DNA from: Piromyces finnis finn
Taxonomy: Eukaryota; Fungi; Neocallimastigomycota
Reading direction: 5' to 3'
NCBI GenBank assembly: GCA_002104945.1
Contig: MCFH01000086.1
Coordinates: forward strand, 62,001 to 126,000
DNA: 64,000 nt
Below the pieces are notes generated by a model. It searched no databases. It was not told the origin of the DNA and was given only the letters and a program-made list of their open reading frames with translations. Below are positions 1 through 12,993 of this stretch, piece after piece; the first letter of the stretch is position 1, and each line of letters starts with the position of its first letter. Both the position numbers and the translations under genes were made by a program.

Positions 1-190
1 ATGTATTATAATTTTAATTAAATTAATAATAAAGTTTAAAATATTTGATGCCGTTCAAAAAAAAAAAAACAAACAAAAAAAAAAAAAAAAAAAAAATTTT
101 AGTTTTATTATCTTTTATTAATTTTGATGATAAATAATGAATAAAAATTTAATTTTAAATATAGTAAATAGTAACAAAGTAAATTATTTT

Positions 191-231
<41 letters not shown>

Positions 232-405
232 TATATATATATATTATATACTATTATTTAATCATTTATTTATTAAGTAATTATATATATATACATATTT
301 TAAAAGCTTTTACGTAAATTTTTGAAATAATATATTAAAATCTTTACTAAACGTATATAATTTATAATAAATTTTTAAAGCTAAAAAAAAAAAAAATCTT
401 TTTGT

Positions 406-2976
406 TTATAATATCTTTTCACTACGTAAAAGATTAATATATTGATAAGCAGTATGTCTTGATGTAAAAATAAAATTATAATTTGCCCGTTCTTTTACTT
501 CTTTTATTTCTTTTCCTTCTTTGATATCTATGGTATTTATTTTATTAGTCTTTAAAGTTGGAACAAATGTTGAATTAATTGAAATATTATTGTTAGGTGA
601 TGTTAATTTAATAGACGATGCTGAATTTGCATAGGATGAAGTTATTGGTGATTGAATAAGACTGGATATTTGGGATGATGAAAGATGCTTATGAAATGGT
701 TCTTTCTTTTTAATTGTACTTAGTAATTCATTTTGTTTTGCTTTTGAAAAGACATTGGGTATTGATTTATTTGTAACAGCTAAAACATTTGAATTATTGA
801 GAATGACAGGTAAAGGATTTAAAGTTTTTGCTGTTGCTGAAAGAGTGCTAGCATTTAAGAGGTTTGTTTGGACAGTTGAATTAAATAAAAACTGGGTTGT
901 TGAAACATCAGTTGTTGGTGAGTTGGTATTTAATGAAGTAATATTATTTAAACCTTCTACATTAGGTTGCTGATTCATGTCATAGTTTGTGTGATCAGTG
1001 GCTTTAAAGGAATTAGCAGCAGCATTTAATGCTAAAGAATTTAGACCTGCCAATGCTGTTAATGTATTTTGGGGAACAAATGAAGCAACAGTAGGTATTC
1101 TTACAATAGGTGGTATTGTATTAGGGACAACAACAGTAGGTATAGGTGCTGTTACAGTTACAGTTGATTTTGATGTTGTATTTAGTGAGGTGGTCGTTGG
1201 CGTTGATATTTTTGCTGTTGCTGATGCAGTTGCTATTATATTAGAACTATCTAGTGAATTAGTATTGTGCGATGAAGGTGTGTTTGTTCCTGTTGCTAAA
1301 GATGATAATACAGAATTGTTTATATTTGATGATGACGCAGTTAAGGAAGTATAACTATTTGTTGAAGAAATCGGTGCATCCAATACCATACTTGATTCCG
1401 TAGTTGAAACGTATTTATTAGTCTCATTTATTATATCTGAAATAGTAGTACTTCCTAAACTTCCTGGTGTACCTATAGCTGAATTTTGATTAAGTGAGGT
1501 ATTTGAATTTATGGTAGAATTTAATACTTCATTTGAAGGTGAATTATTAGTATTATTTATTGAATCTGCTGGATTATCTATTTCTATTTTATCATTTGGT
1601 TTAATATCTTTATTTGCTGTATTTTTATCCTTTTGTTCTTTAGTTTGACTTAAGCCTACTATAGTGTAATCATAACCATTATCAGGACGTTTTAACTCTA
1701 ACTTATAATTTTTATATAATTCTTTTGGAATTAAATAATCAATAAATTCTATTAATAAATCTGATGACTTTGTAACTGATGTACTTTTAGTATGTTCAAC
1801 CTTTTTTTTTTTTTTTTAAAAAAAAAAACATTACAATTATTATATTATATTTAAAATAGTTATAAAAAAACAATTGATTTGAATATATATATATAGTTTT
1901 TTTTTTTTAAAAAAAAAGGGTGAATTAAGTTATTACTTATATTAAATTTTCTCATTTTATTTAATTATTATTAAAGTTATAAATAACTTACTTCTACTAC
2001 CAATCCTTTTGAATGTGAACCAACATTTAAATTTCCATAACGAACATTATAATCCCCTATTTCATAGTTGTATCCCTATTATATATATTAATAATAATTA
2101 ATAATAAAAAAAAGTATTAAAAATTTAGATAAATTTATTAATATCATTACTTTTAAAACTATTAAATTTTTATTTGATTAGTTCTAAAATTAATTTACTA
2201 ACATCAATTTTTGCAGTTTGACGAATTGTCCATATATTTTTTATTTTTGTAACAAGCTCAATTAATGCATTATCAGTTTCCATTACAATTTTTTCGTCTA
2301 TAATTGTATAAACGTGACTAGGCTTTGAAGAAAAAGATAATAAATACATTGATTCTCCTCTTCCTGAATTCTTAATTAATTCCAATGGAATTCTTGGAAA
2401 TGTTACTGATTTATATAACTTACATACAACATTCCATGGATCTAATTTTTTACCACCAAATAGATTTTTTATTCTTCTTTCCATAGTAGACATAATATTA
2501 CTTACTATTGAAGGTTCTTTAATATAAAATATACTATTTATATTGTTTAATTATATTTTTATTTAATAAAAAGAAATATAATTTATAATTTTGATTTATA
2601 TAATTACAATAATTTGAAATTTATTAATGTTAATATTATTGTTTTTTTTGTTTTTTTTATTTTTTTTTTTTTTTTTAGTTAATAATAATGTTAGTAATTT
2701 AATATTTAAAGATAATCGTGTTTTATTTTTGTTTTTTTAATTTATGAATAACAATTTATTTTTACATTATAAGAAACATCAAATATATTGAAAAGTATTG
2801 ATATAGATATGTTGAAAAATTGAAAAATTCATTATTGATTGTTTTATTGGAAGTTATTAATTATAATTTTGAATATATAAAATTAGTAATTAAATATTTT
2901 ACAATAATGATAAAGATTAGTAATTCATTAAAGTATAAATATGGAATATAAGGATACAATACCATGTAACACCCAT
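406..2976 (-). CDS. MED20: Mediator subunit Med20 (Srb2), 4 exons (2976-2963, 2533-2203, 2075-1992, 1800-406), ~607 aa with a long S/T/N-rich insertion
   Basis: Spliced translation starts MGVTC (human MED20 starts MGVTCV). It continues GYNYEIGDYNVRYGNLNVGSHSKGLVVEVEH...LLIEFI (cf. human GTRYQYCDFLVKVG...RGISVEVEY...LLLEFL) and ends HTAYQYINLL (cf. yeast Srb2 DLAYQYVRAL). All introns are GT-AG and in phase. Confidence 0.85.
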
Positions 2977-3729
2977 TATGTTTTATTTAATCTTATTTTT
3001 AATAGATATTTTAATTTAATTTAAATTATTTATTATTTATTTATTAAAATGAGATAACCATTTACTTCATAGTAATTAAAACTATATATTTAGTTTTATA
3101 TTATTAATATAATGTGTTTTTATCATAAAATGAATTTAATATTAATATCTTTTTATAAAAAAAAAAAAAAAAAAAAACTTTTTATAAAAAATTTTTATAT
3201 ATTTTAAGTATATTTTAATTTAAATATTTATATTATAATTATAATATTATAATATATTTTTCTTTTCTTTTTTTTAATAAAAATTTATAAAAAATAAAAC
3301 TTTGCTTTATATTTATTTTAAAGTCTAAATATTTTATTAATATTTTAAATTATATATATATATTTACATAAATTCTATTAACTTTATTATGTAGAATAAT
3401 ATTAAAAAAAATAAGTTTTAAAAATTATATCGAAAGACTTTTTTTAAAAAGTATTTTTATTAAAAAATTTCCAATATTTATTGAAGATAAAATAATAACA
3501 GTTAATTTTATAATTTGTGATATAAGTAAATTTTTAAATAATCTTATATTGTTTCATATTTATTTTATAAAAAGTACTTTTTAATATTTTCAATATAAAG
3601 ATTTTGAAGCATTGTAATATTTTCATTTGCAAAAATTACATACATATATAGTACTTTTTATTTTATTTATTTTTTTTTTAAAAAAAAAATTGAGCAAGTT
3701 TTGATTTTAATATAAAACAAGTTTTTTTT

Positions 3730-6700
3730 TATGGACCTTTTAAAATCAAGTATATTATAATATAAATGTAATATTGTCGATTATAAAATGAAATTAATTT
3801 TTATATATAAAAATAAATAATTTAATTTATTATCAGTATTAAAGAATGATACAGAAACATTCAAAAAATTAGTTGTAGAAAATCCAGATGATATAAATTT
3901 TATAACTCCAGAAGAAGGTAGAAGTCTTCTTCATTTTGCTGCTTCAATTGGAAATATTGAATGCATGAAAATTCTTGTTCTACAAGTAATTGTTAAATAT
4001 AATTTATCTATAAAAGATAATTTTAGTAAATATATAAAGTATATCAATTCTTCACTAATTTGCTTAGTATATAATTAAAAATTTTTTTTGGAATATATAA
4101 TTATTTTTTGTATAATGAAAATAAAATAATAAAGAATAATATAAAGATAAACATACTGGATCCCGATGGAAATACTCCATTACATATGGCATGTGGATGC
4201 TCTGAATATCGTGCTGTAGAATTATTATTGAATGCAGATGCTAATCCTTTTATAAGGAATTATTCCGGATATAGACCAATTGATTATTCTAAAACACAAG
4301 AAATAACCAATTTATTAATTGGTAAAAATGTCAATACATAATTTTTTTTTATAGTATATTTAATAATAGAAATTTTTAATTTGATATTCATTAATTTTTA
4401 CAGAGAAAATGAAATTAAGAGCAATTCAACAACAAGGAAATGTTAGTATATATATGATATATAAGTGCTATCTCAATTTCAAAAAGGGTTAAAAAATATA
4501 AATGAATATATATAATATTAAATATTAAAATTATAGAAATCATATGCGGACATTTATAACGAACTTCCAGATAATGTTCAATTTTTAAAATATTATATTA
4601 TGGATCTTATTTTGATGAATGAAACATTCCAAGAAAGATGCAAAGTATATTTTATATTTATATATGTAGAAAAAGGAATTCGAATAAAATATTAATTTAT
4701 GTGGAATTATTATTTGTTTATTATATATTCCTTATTTTTTTTATATAGGAATCAATATATCAACTTATTGAAGAAAAACAAATTGCTCTCCATAAAAACA
4801 ACTTATTAGAAGTAATTTAAACATTATATAACATAACATATTAATATTTATTAATTATTATTAATAACTAATATCTATTTTTTTAATAATTAGAGTGCAG
4901 CTGGTATAAATGATAAAGCAGGTGGTGAAAGCTTTTTAGATCAAATCCAGTATTTACAAGATGAAAACGAGCAAGCCGTAGCAACAATTTCATATTTAAA
5001 AGTAATTCATTTACTAATATAATTATTAAAAAATATAAACAATCATCATCATTATAATAATGTGGAAAATAGTAAATCTTCATTTTACATAATTTAATAT
5101 TCAAAATATAATTCTATATATTATAAAGATGAGAATTCAAGTGTTAGAATCAACAGCTATTCAACAAGAAGAGTATTCAAGAAAGAATTTAGCTAACCTT
5201 ACAAAACAACATACAGAGCAACTTCAAGTAATTTTAAAAAGAAATGAAGAAACAGAAAAAGCATTTTTAGTATGTAAATCGATCATTTATATATGATAGG
5301 ATAATAGGATAATAGGATATTAAAATTTTAATATCATTTTAATTGCAATAATTAATAAATAAAATTTATAAATATATAGGCGTATCAAAAATCACATTCA
5401 GATGAATTGGCAGAACTGAATCGTTTGCGTTCTGAAGTAGTAACTCTAAAATCAAAAAATAAATTTAGTGATGAATCATCCGAAGAAGAGGTATTAATTT
5501 ACTATTTGGTCATTTAAAATATATGTATATTCATAAAATATATAATAATGTTAAAATAATTTATTATTTGTATGCGTTATAAGCAACTTCAAAATACTAT
5601 TGAGGATCTACAGAAGCGATTAACAGAAATCTCTGCAGAAAAATTGGCGTTGGAAGAAAGAGTTAAGGTAAATAAATGAATATATATTATTAGATAAATA
5701 AAGAGATTCAAGCTGTAAAATCGTATTTATAAAAATGTAAACAAAATAAAATAAAACAGTTAGCTGAAAAACTTAAGTCCATGGCGGAAGATGAAAATGA
5801 GCAATTAAGAGAAGATATTCAAAAAATACAAAGTTCAATGAAAACTGAGGTAATAAATTATATTTATTTATCATTTATTTAAATACTATTTATATTAAAT
5901 ATACTTTATGAAATATATATAATAACAGATGATAAATAAAATAAGTAGTGAAAGGGCAGCAAAAGATGAACAGGATGAAGATAGTGGTACTGTAATTTTT
6001 GTTCAGGATGAAAGTGGTAATAAACAAATTAAAGCTGCCACACCAAAGAAATTAGTAGAACGTTTAACAGATTACTCATCTTATGGTATTTAATATTTTA
6101 CAATAATAAATTATATATTTCTAAGTTGTTTTTTAATTATTGTTATAATTATTTATTAAAAATTAATATTTTTATCAATAGATAATCAATTCTTGCAAGC
6201 ATTCATGCTTACTTTCCGTTGTTTTATGACGACTAATGAGCTATTAGAATTAATAACAAATCAGTACATTAAAAAGGTTAAAGAAGTAAATAATAATAAT
6301 CAAAGTCCATTATATTTTAGGTAAGATAATATAATTCTTTATTTTTTTTCGATATTTTTTTTTAAAAAATTATGAATATCAAAATTATAAAATAAGCAAT
6401 AAATTTACTAATTAAAATATATATAGAATTGTAAATACAATGAAATTTTGGATTGATAATTATTGGGATGATTTTGAAAATTCGAATGAATTATATGATG
6501 AATTAGTTTCATTTATTGAAAATTTTGATGATGTTTCAAAAGTTACATTGAAAGCAATTATTAAAAGAAAAGTATAAAAATAATTAATCAAAATAAATTT
6601 TATATATTTATATATATATTTTAATAATAATAAATGATGATTATTTATTAACAAAATTCATATAATGGTATAATTTCATATTTTTATTTTCAAAAAGCAT

Positions 6701-8108
6701 ATTATTGAAAAGGTTATGCCTCCAGAAGGCTTAAATATTAATACTAACATCAAACAAATTGTAAAAGTAAATCCTCCAAAGATTATATTACCAAAAGATA
6801 TACCTAATAAAAAGACAGCAGAATTAAAAACATCTTCAACTACATCAGCAGGTTCTGTTGGAACAAATGATGGTAAGATTAACTCAGGTTCTAGCTCTGG
6901 TAAAGAAACTAACACAACATTTTATAATTATACTGATGAAGAACTTTCTAATGAGCCAAATACATCAGCATCTACTAATTCTACTAATACTAGCCAAAGT
7001 GCATGTACTCCTAGTGGAATATTGAAAACTGGTGATACAAGCAAAACTAATTATAGAGTTGATCCAACTCCATGGAGAGATACTGGACCTGAAGATTTAC
7101 AGCATAATATTGATAATGATAATGACAATAATACTAATGACAATAATAATAGCAACAACAACAACAATAATAATGTACCAAATATAACACAACCTATTGT
7201 TAGTCATTTAAGCTTACTCGATTTTGATCCCGTTGAAATAGCTAATCAATTAACATATATTGAGTTCGATTTATTTAAAGTTATTAAAGTAAGATAACAC
7301 AACACTATTATATAGTAGGTACATTCTAAATGTAGGCATCTAATTTATATTAAAATTTTTAATTAATAAATAAAAATAATAGAAAGAGGAATTTTTAGAT
7401 TTGGCATGGATGAAAGACAATAAAGAAGAATTGGCCCCAAATCTCTGTAAGATAGCGAAATGGTCAAATCATGTAAGTTAAAAAATAATTTACTTTTTTA
7501 ATCTATAATATTAAATTTTATATTTTAAATATATATATAATAAAAGGTTGTTCATTGGCTTGTATCTGAAATTGTTTTGCAAGAGAATTTAAAATTAAGA
7601 GTTTCAGTTTTAGAAAGAATATTATTATTTACTCAGGTTTATATAATAATTTTGTTATTAATTCACATAATAATAATATTAGTAAAAAAAAAAACATGTA
7701 ATAAATTTTTTATTTTATTATTTATTTATTTTTTGTTTTCATAAATACAGAGTTTATTAAATCTAAATAATTTTAATGGTGTAAAAGAAGTATCTGCAGC
7801 ACTTCAATCTTCTTCAATTTATCGTTTGAAGAAAACAAAAAAGGCAAGTTAAATGCAATTTGAATACTGTTGTTTTTAATTTAAATAAATACAAAATATA
7901 AATTTTTATATTTATTATAAAAATTATTTCAATATGATAATATAGGCCATGGCTAGCAAATTTTTAAAGCTCTATGATAGTATATTAAAGTTAGTAAGTA
8001 ATGAATTAAACTTTAAAAATCTACGTACAAAAATTCATTCAGCAGATCCTCCATTAATTCCATTCCCAGGAATTTATCAAAGTGATTTGGTACGATATTA
8101 TTAAAATG

Positions 8109-8140
<32 letters not shown>

Positions 8141-8388
8141 TTATTTAAATTTATTAATACTTATTAATTAAAAAAAAAAAAAAAAACATTTCTCATTAAT
8201 ATATTAGGTTTTTTTAGATTCATGGGGAAAAAATATTATTGATGGGGGTTTAATTAATTTTATTAAATATCAAAAAATGGCCAGTTATATTCTTGAGTTT
8301 AATGTATTTTCATTTTTCATTTTTCATTTTTATTAATTATTTATTAATGATACTAACTCAACTATAAATATAAATATATATAATATTT

Positions 8389-8425
<37 letters not shown>

Positions 8426-8555
8426 GACTTATCAAAGGAAATCCTACAATATAAAACCATTACCCGAAATTCAAAATTATATAAAAAGGTATGAGCCACT
8501 ATCGGATGATGAAGCTTATAAATATTCTCAAAAATGTGAAGTTAAAAAAATATAA
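3730..8555 (+). CDS. Multi-exon Ras guanine nucleotide exchange factor: N-terminal ankyrin repeats, coiled coil, REM domain, CDC25 domain
   Basis: Ankyrin motifs GRSLLHFAASIGNIECMKILV and DGNTPLHMACGCSEYRAVELLLNADA. REM motifs IKAATPKKLVERLT, FLQAFMLTFRCF and FWIDNYWDDF. CDC25 motifs LLDFDPVEIANQLTYIEFDLF, LNNFNGVKEVSAALQSSSIYRLKKT and PPLIPFPGIYQSDLVFLD. About 20 exons; some internal exon boundaries and the start are approximate. Confidence 0.88.
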
Positions 8556-9269
8556 TCATATATATAACTATGAAAATGAATTATCATTTAATCATACAAA
8601 TACATACAATTCATGAATAATTTTTCATTTTTAGAATACATAAATAAATAGTTATTATTTATGTAATATTATTTTTCTAACAAAAGAATATATTAATAAA
8701 TAACTTAAAAGCTTAAAAAAATATTAGAAAAGATTTTTTTTCTTTTCATGATATATTATAAATGTCTCATTAAAGATAATAAATTTAGGTGAAGAATAAA
8801 TAATTTTTAATTTATTTTATCCTATTAATAATTATTGTTTATTTATATTTGAAAATATGAAAACGATTTTAACTGATATTATTAAAAGAAATATTTGAAA
8901 TAACTACTTTTATAAATGCTATTTCATTTAAATAAAAGTAAAAATAAAAAAAAAAAAAAAAAAAAAAAATAGGTAATGATTTTACTTTATGTAATTATAA
9001 TTAAAATAATATACTAAGTTATATTAAATTTAAAAAAAGAGGAAAGATAATAATAAAATGAAATTAACAATATTTAAATTTTGAAATTATTATTGTTGTT
9101 GTTTTCTATTTTTTTATGCTTTTTTTTTTTTTTTGTTTGTTTGCTTATTTGCTTGTTTTATTTTATTATTTATTTTTTCAAAAGGTATTATTAATTATTG
9201 AGTTTTGGATTGTTAAAGTAATGATAATCATATTAGGTTTTATAGTTTACTTTTGAATGGTCCATATAT

Positions 9270-12200
9270 TTAATTTGTATTTAAGTTATTTAATAAATTT
9301 TTAACATTATAATACTTTTGGTACTCTTCAATAGTATTTTCGAGAACGTCCTTTGAGAATAAAAGACAAGATTCAGTATTAAATAATTGCGATTTTATCT
9401 CAGAATGATCAGTTTCTAATAAATACTGTTTAATTTCATCATTATAACGTTGATAGTATGATTCATTATCTACAGATTCAACTATATTAGAAATGGATGG
9501 TGTACTAACAGATATTGAATCATCTGTATCTTCATCATCTTCAAAATGGAACATATTTTGTTTTGGATTTGTTTTTTCACGCATTTCTTTCCAGATAATA
9601 AATGAATTTGTTATACCATTACCAATACTACCATCATGACTAACCTTTTTATTATAATTTTGAATAAGCATAAGATCACGTCCTAAGCGACCAAGATCAT
9701 GATCTTTAGCTAATTCCCATTCTAAGTAACTACCTAATGTTAATAAGAATTTAATTCTACGAGAGTTAATAAGAGTAGGATCAAAGGATATAGCATTACA
9801 AAGTAATATCATTGTAACCTGGAATCTTTTTGAATATATTGGAACGAAACGGTTAAAAGAATTAAGATATGGTTGTTCTTGAACTTTAGAATTGCCATTA
9901 ATTATAATTGGTGGGCGAACTTCGCTTGGTTTATATGGTGGAATTGGTGAAGATACAATTGAACTAATAACTTTTCTTTGTTCTTCAAGAAGTGATGAAG
10001 AAAGAGATGAATGACCAACCCATTGAACTACTCGTAATTCAAAAACTTGCCATAAAGCTAATAATAATGGAAAACCAACTTGGATTAAAGTTGGATCACT
10101 TAAATTTTTAACATCATCAGCAATATCTAATATATTCTTTCGGAAAATTCCAGTATCTGGGACAGACCAAGATAGACCACTACTGCTTGGAACAGAATGA
10201 GCAGAAATTGGACCTGGCAAATGAATATTTTGATTTTGAAGATGTTGATTTGCAAAAATTTGAATACTTAAAAGATATTTTTCAATTGATGGTGGTTGTT
10301 GATTTTTGGTTTTTACAGATGATGTAGAAGTTGACTTTGGTCTTTTTGAGTGTCTAAATATTCTTTCAATGAAACGAACAGTTTGTTTTGGATAATATGT
10401 CATTAATCTAGTAGTAATTATATTAATAAGCATAGATAATAATTTTAATTTTTTAGCTAAAACAAGATTAGCACGACCTTGAGAAGCTGTATTAAACTGA
10501 AATTTATCTAAAACATTAAGCATTGATGTTATCCAAGTATAATCCTTATTGCCAAATAAAAGTTGGGAAACTGGATCATCATTTGATCCAGTTGGATATT
10601 CAATATTTGTTGGCTGGTCAGTTAAGGTTTGGAAAGCAATATTTAAGGTGATACGATTATTTTTATCTTCACCTTCTGGAATGTATTCTTCGAAATAAAA
10701 CATACTTGGTGGTTTTGATGATTGTGGATCAGTACCATCTAAATGTTTTCTTAAGGTACTATGTAATTCATGTGCTAACAAATATTCTTTAGCTGCATTT
10801 AAGTTAATTCTATTACAAGCAACCATATAATCAGTTACTTCAGCAATTGCATGTGATGGAGCACCAGCTGCAATTGCAATATTTCGAGCATGAAGAGACA
10901 TATGACCTCTTTGAATACCTTCTGTTGTTAAAGCTCTTACTGCGGCAAAATTTTGAGCAAGACCAACACAAGCGAAAATCTTTAATAATATTATTAAATT
11001 AGTTAATATTTAAACTTTTTTTAGTTTAATTAAAAAAAAGAATAAACTTACAGCTGATAAAGCTTTAGAATCTGGATTACCCATAAGACCTAAAGTATAG
11101 TGATAAACAGGGTTGGTTTTTAATACACCACCCTTTGTACCAACAGCAATTGGCATTTTAATTTCACCACAGAAGTAACGTTGTTTAACCTTTTCATTAT
11201 TGATTTCTTCTTCAATTTCCTCTATCCAATAACTAGTTAATGATTTATAATGACCCTTTACTGGTTCATTAACAGTCTCACTTGAACCAGAAGCAGCGTA
11301 TGCATGTGCAGCAGCTTCTATAGCTCTCCAATCTTGACCAGTTGCTAAAGCAACGGCATCAATACCATTTAAGATACCTTTATTATGAGTAGTTGCTCTA
11401 TAAACATCATCTTCAGCAAATTCATAAGCCTCAATAATACCTCTTGATACTTGTTCACCTGTAAATTTCTTATATTTCATTTTTTCAACTGGAATCTTAA
11501 ATGAAGCCTAAAATTATTAACATTTTATTAAAATAAAAGATAAAAATTTATTTATTTATTCCTTTACAAATACAAACATTATGTAGCATATAAACTTACA
11601 GTTACAATTCTTTCTGTACATAAATTAGAAACAATTCTTAATCCAATACGACCATTTGTTAAATCTGCAAGGAATGGTGCAACACCTTCTGCAACTGTAC
11701 TAGCGCAATTAGCACCTTTAACAATATAGATTATATTATATTAAAATTTTTAGACTTTTTTTTAAAATAATATTAATAGTAGTAATACTAATGCTTACCC
11801 ATTGCATCGCAAACATCAATATGAAAATGACAAACTAACCATTCACTTGATTGAGAATCAAAAACTACTTGATTTGGTCTTACTTTTCTTTCATTCTTTT
11901 TAATTCTACGAACTACCATATTTACAACACCACCACCTCTAGAGTACATATTTTGACAATATTGATTGGCAAATATGATAATTTCATTTTTCATATCATT
12001 TAACTAGTGATTCAATTATTATTTTAAAAAAAAATAATATATACTATAATTATTAATAACTCATATTTTCATATTGATAAATACTTCTTTTCTATTTTTA
12101 ATAATAATAATATTATTATTATTACCTTCTTTTCATTTTCATCCAATTTATCATCTGGAATATCTAAGATTACTACTTGTGCAAAAGTAATATTTCTTTC

Positions 12201-12993
12201 GGAGGTTTTGGTAAAAAAGGTTTTTCCTTTACCAAATTGAGAAACAGTTTTTGCTGCACCAGAAACTGCAGCTACTACCGATGGTTCTTCGATTGCCATT
12301 GGAACTATTATTGATTTGTTATCAATATTAAAATTTAATGCTACACCAACAGGTAATCCAAGTGTACTAAAATATTCATATATATTAATAATTTAAATAG
12401 AGTATTATTTGATAAATAAAGTTGTAATTAATAATATTTTAAAATAATTAGTACTTAATATTAAATTTTATTCTCAAAAATAATTATACTTTAACATTTT
12501 AAATTAGCAATGAAATATTATTGTATTTAAAAAAAGTATTTTACTTAATTATAGGAAATTTACTAATATTTTAGTAAATTTCCTATAATTACATAAAAAT
12601 GTCTTCAAATATTTAAATTAAATAAAATAAAATATTTAATAACAATAATTACCCTACACAATTTTCAATCATATTATCAGCAATATGTTCATCTAATGAT
12701 GTAATTGGAAATTTTTCTTCATGTACACCCAAACTACTTAAATCTGAAGTTGATTCATTACGATTAATTGAAACATCTGAAGCAGATTCAGTTAAATTAG
12801 ATAATGAACCTAATGAAGGCGAATTAAGGAATGAAGTTTTAGATATAAGTGGTGAAATTGGTGGAAAGAGATTTGGAAATGCTAATTTCAATTGATTTTG
12901 TCTTTCCTTTAATGCTTTTTTGTAAAAACCAGACCAAATGTTTACTTTTTGTTCTGTTTGAGACTTAACTTCTATTGGTACTGTCGTCATCAT
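9270..12993 (-). CDS. mvaA: Class II (bacterial MvaA-type) HMG-CoA reductase, 6 exons, no membrane/sterol-sensing domain, ~500 aa C-terminal extension of unknown function
   Basis: Motifs [57 protein letters not shown] and [30 protein letters not shown] are diagnostic of class II HMGR. The reading frame stays open ~500 codons past the end of the core. Confidence 0.92.
12546..12591. repeat. Perfect 21-bp inverted repeat (hairpin, 4-nt loop) inside intron 1 of the HMGR gene
   Basis: taattataggaaatttactaa-tatt-ttagtaaatttcctataatta. The arms are exact reverse complements. The intron spans 12652-12367 on the minus strand. Confidence 0.95.

Noticed and set aside
755-1354. Plus-strand ORFs 755-973 and 998-1354
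   Set aside because: Antisense shadows of the low-complexity Med20 exon.
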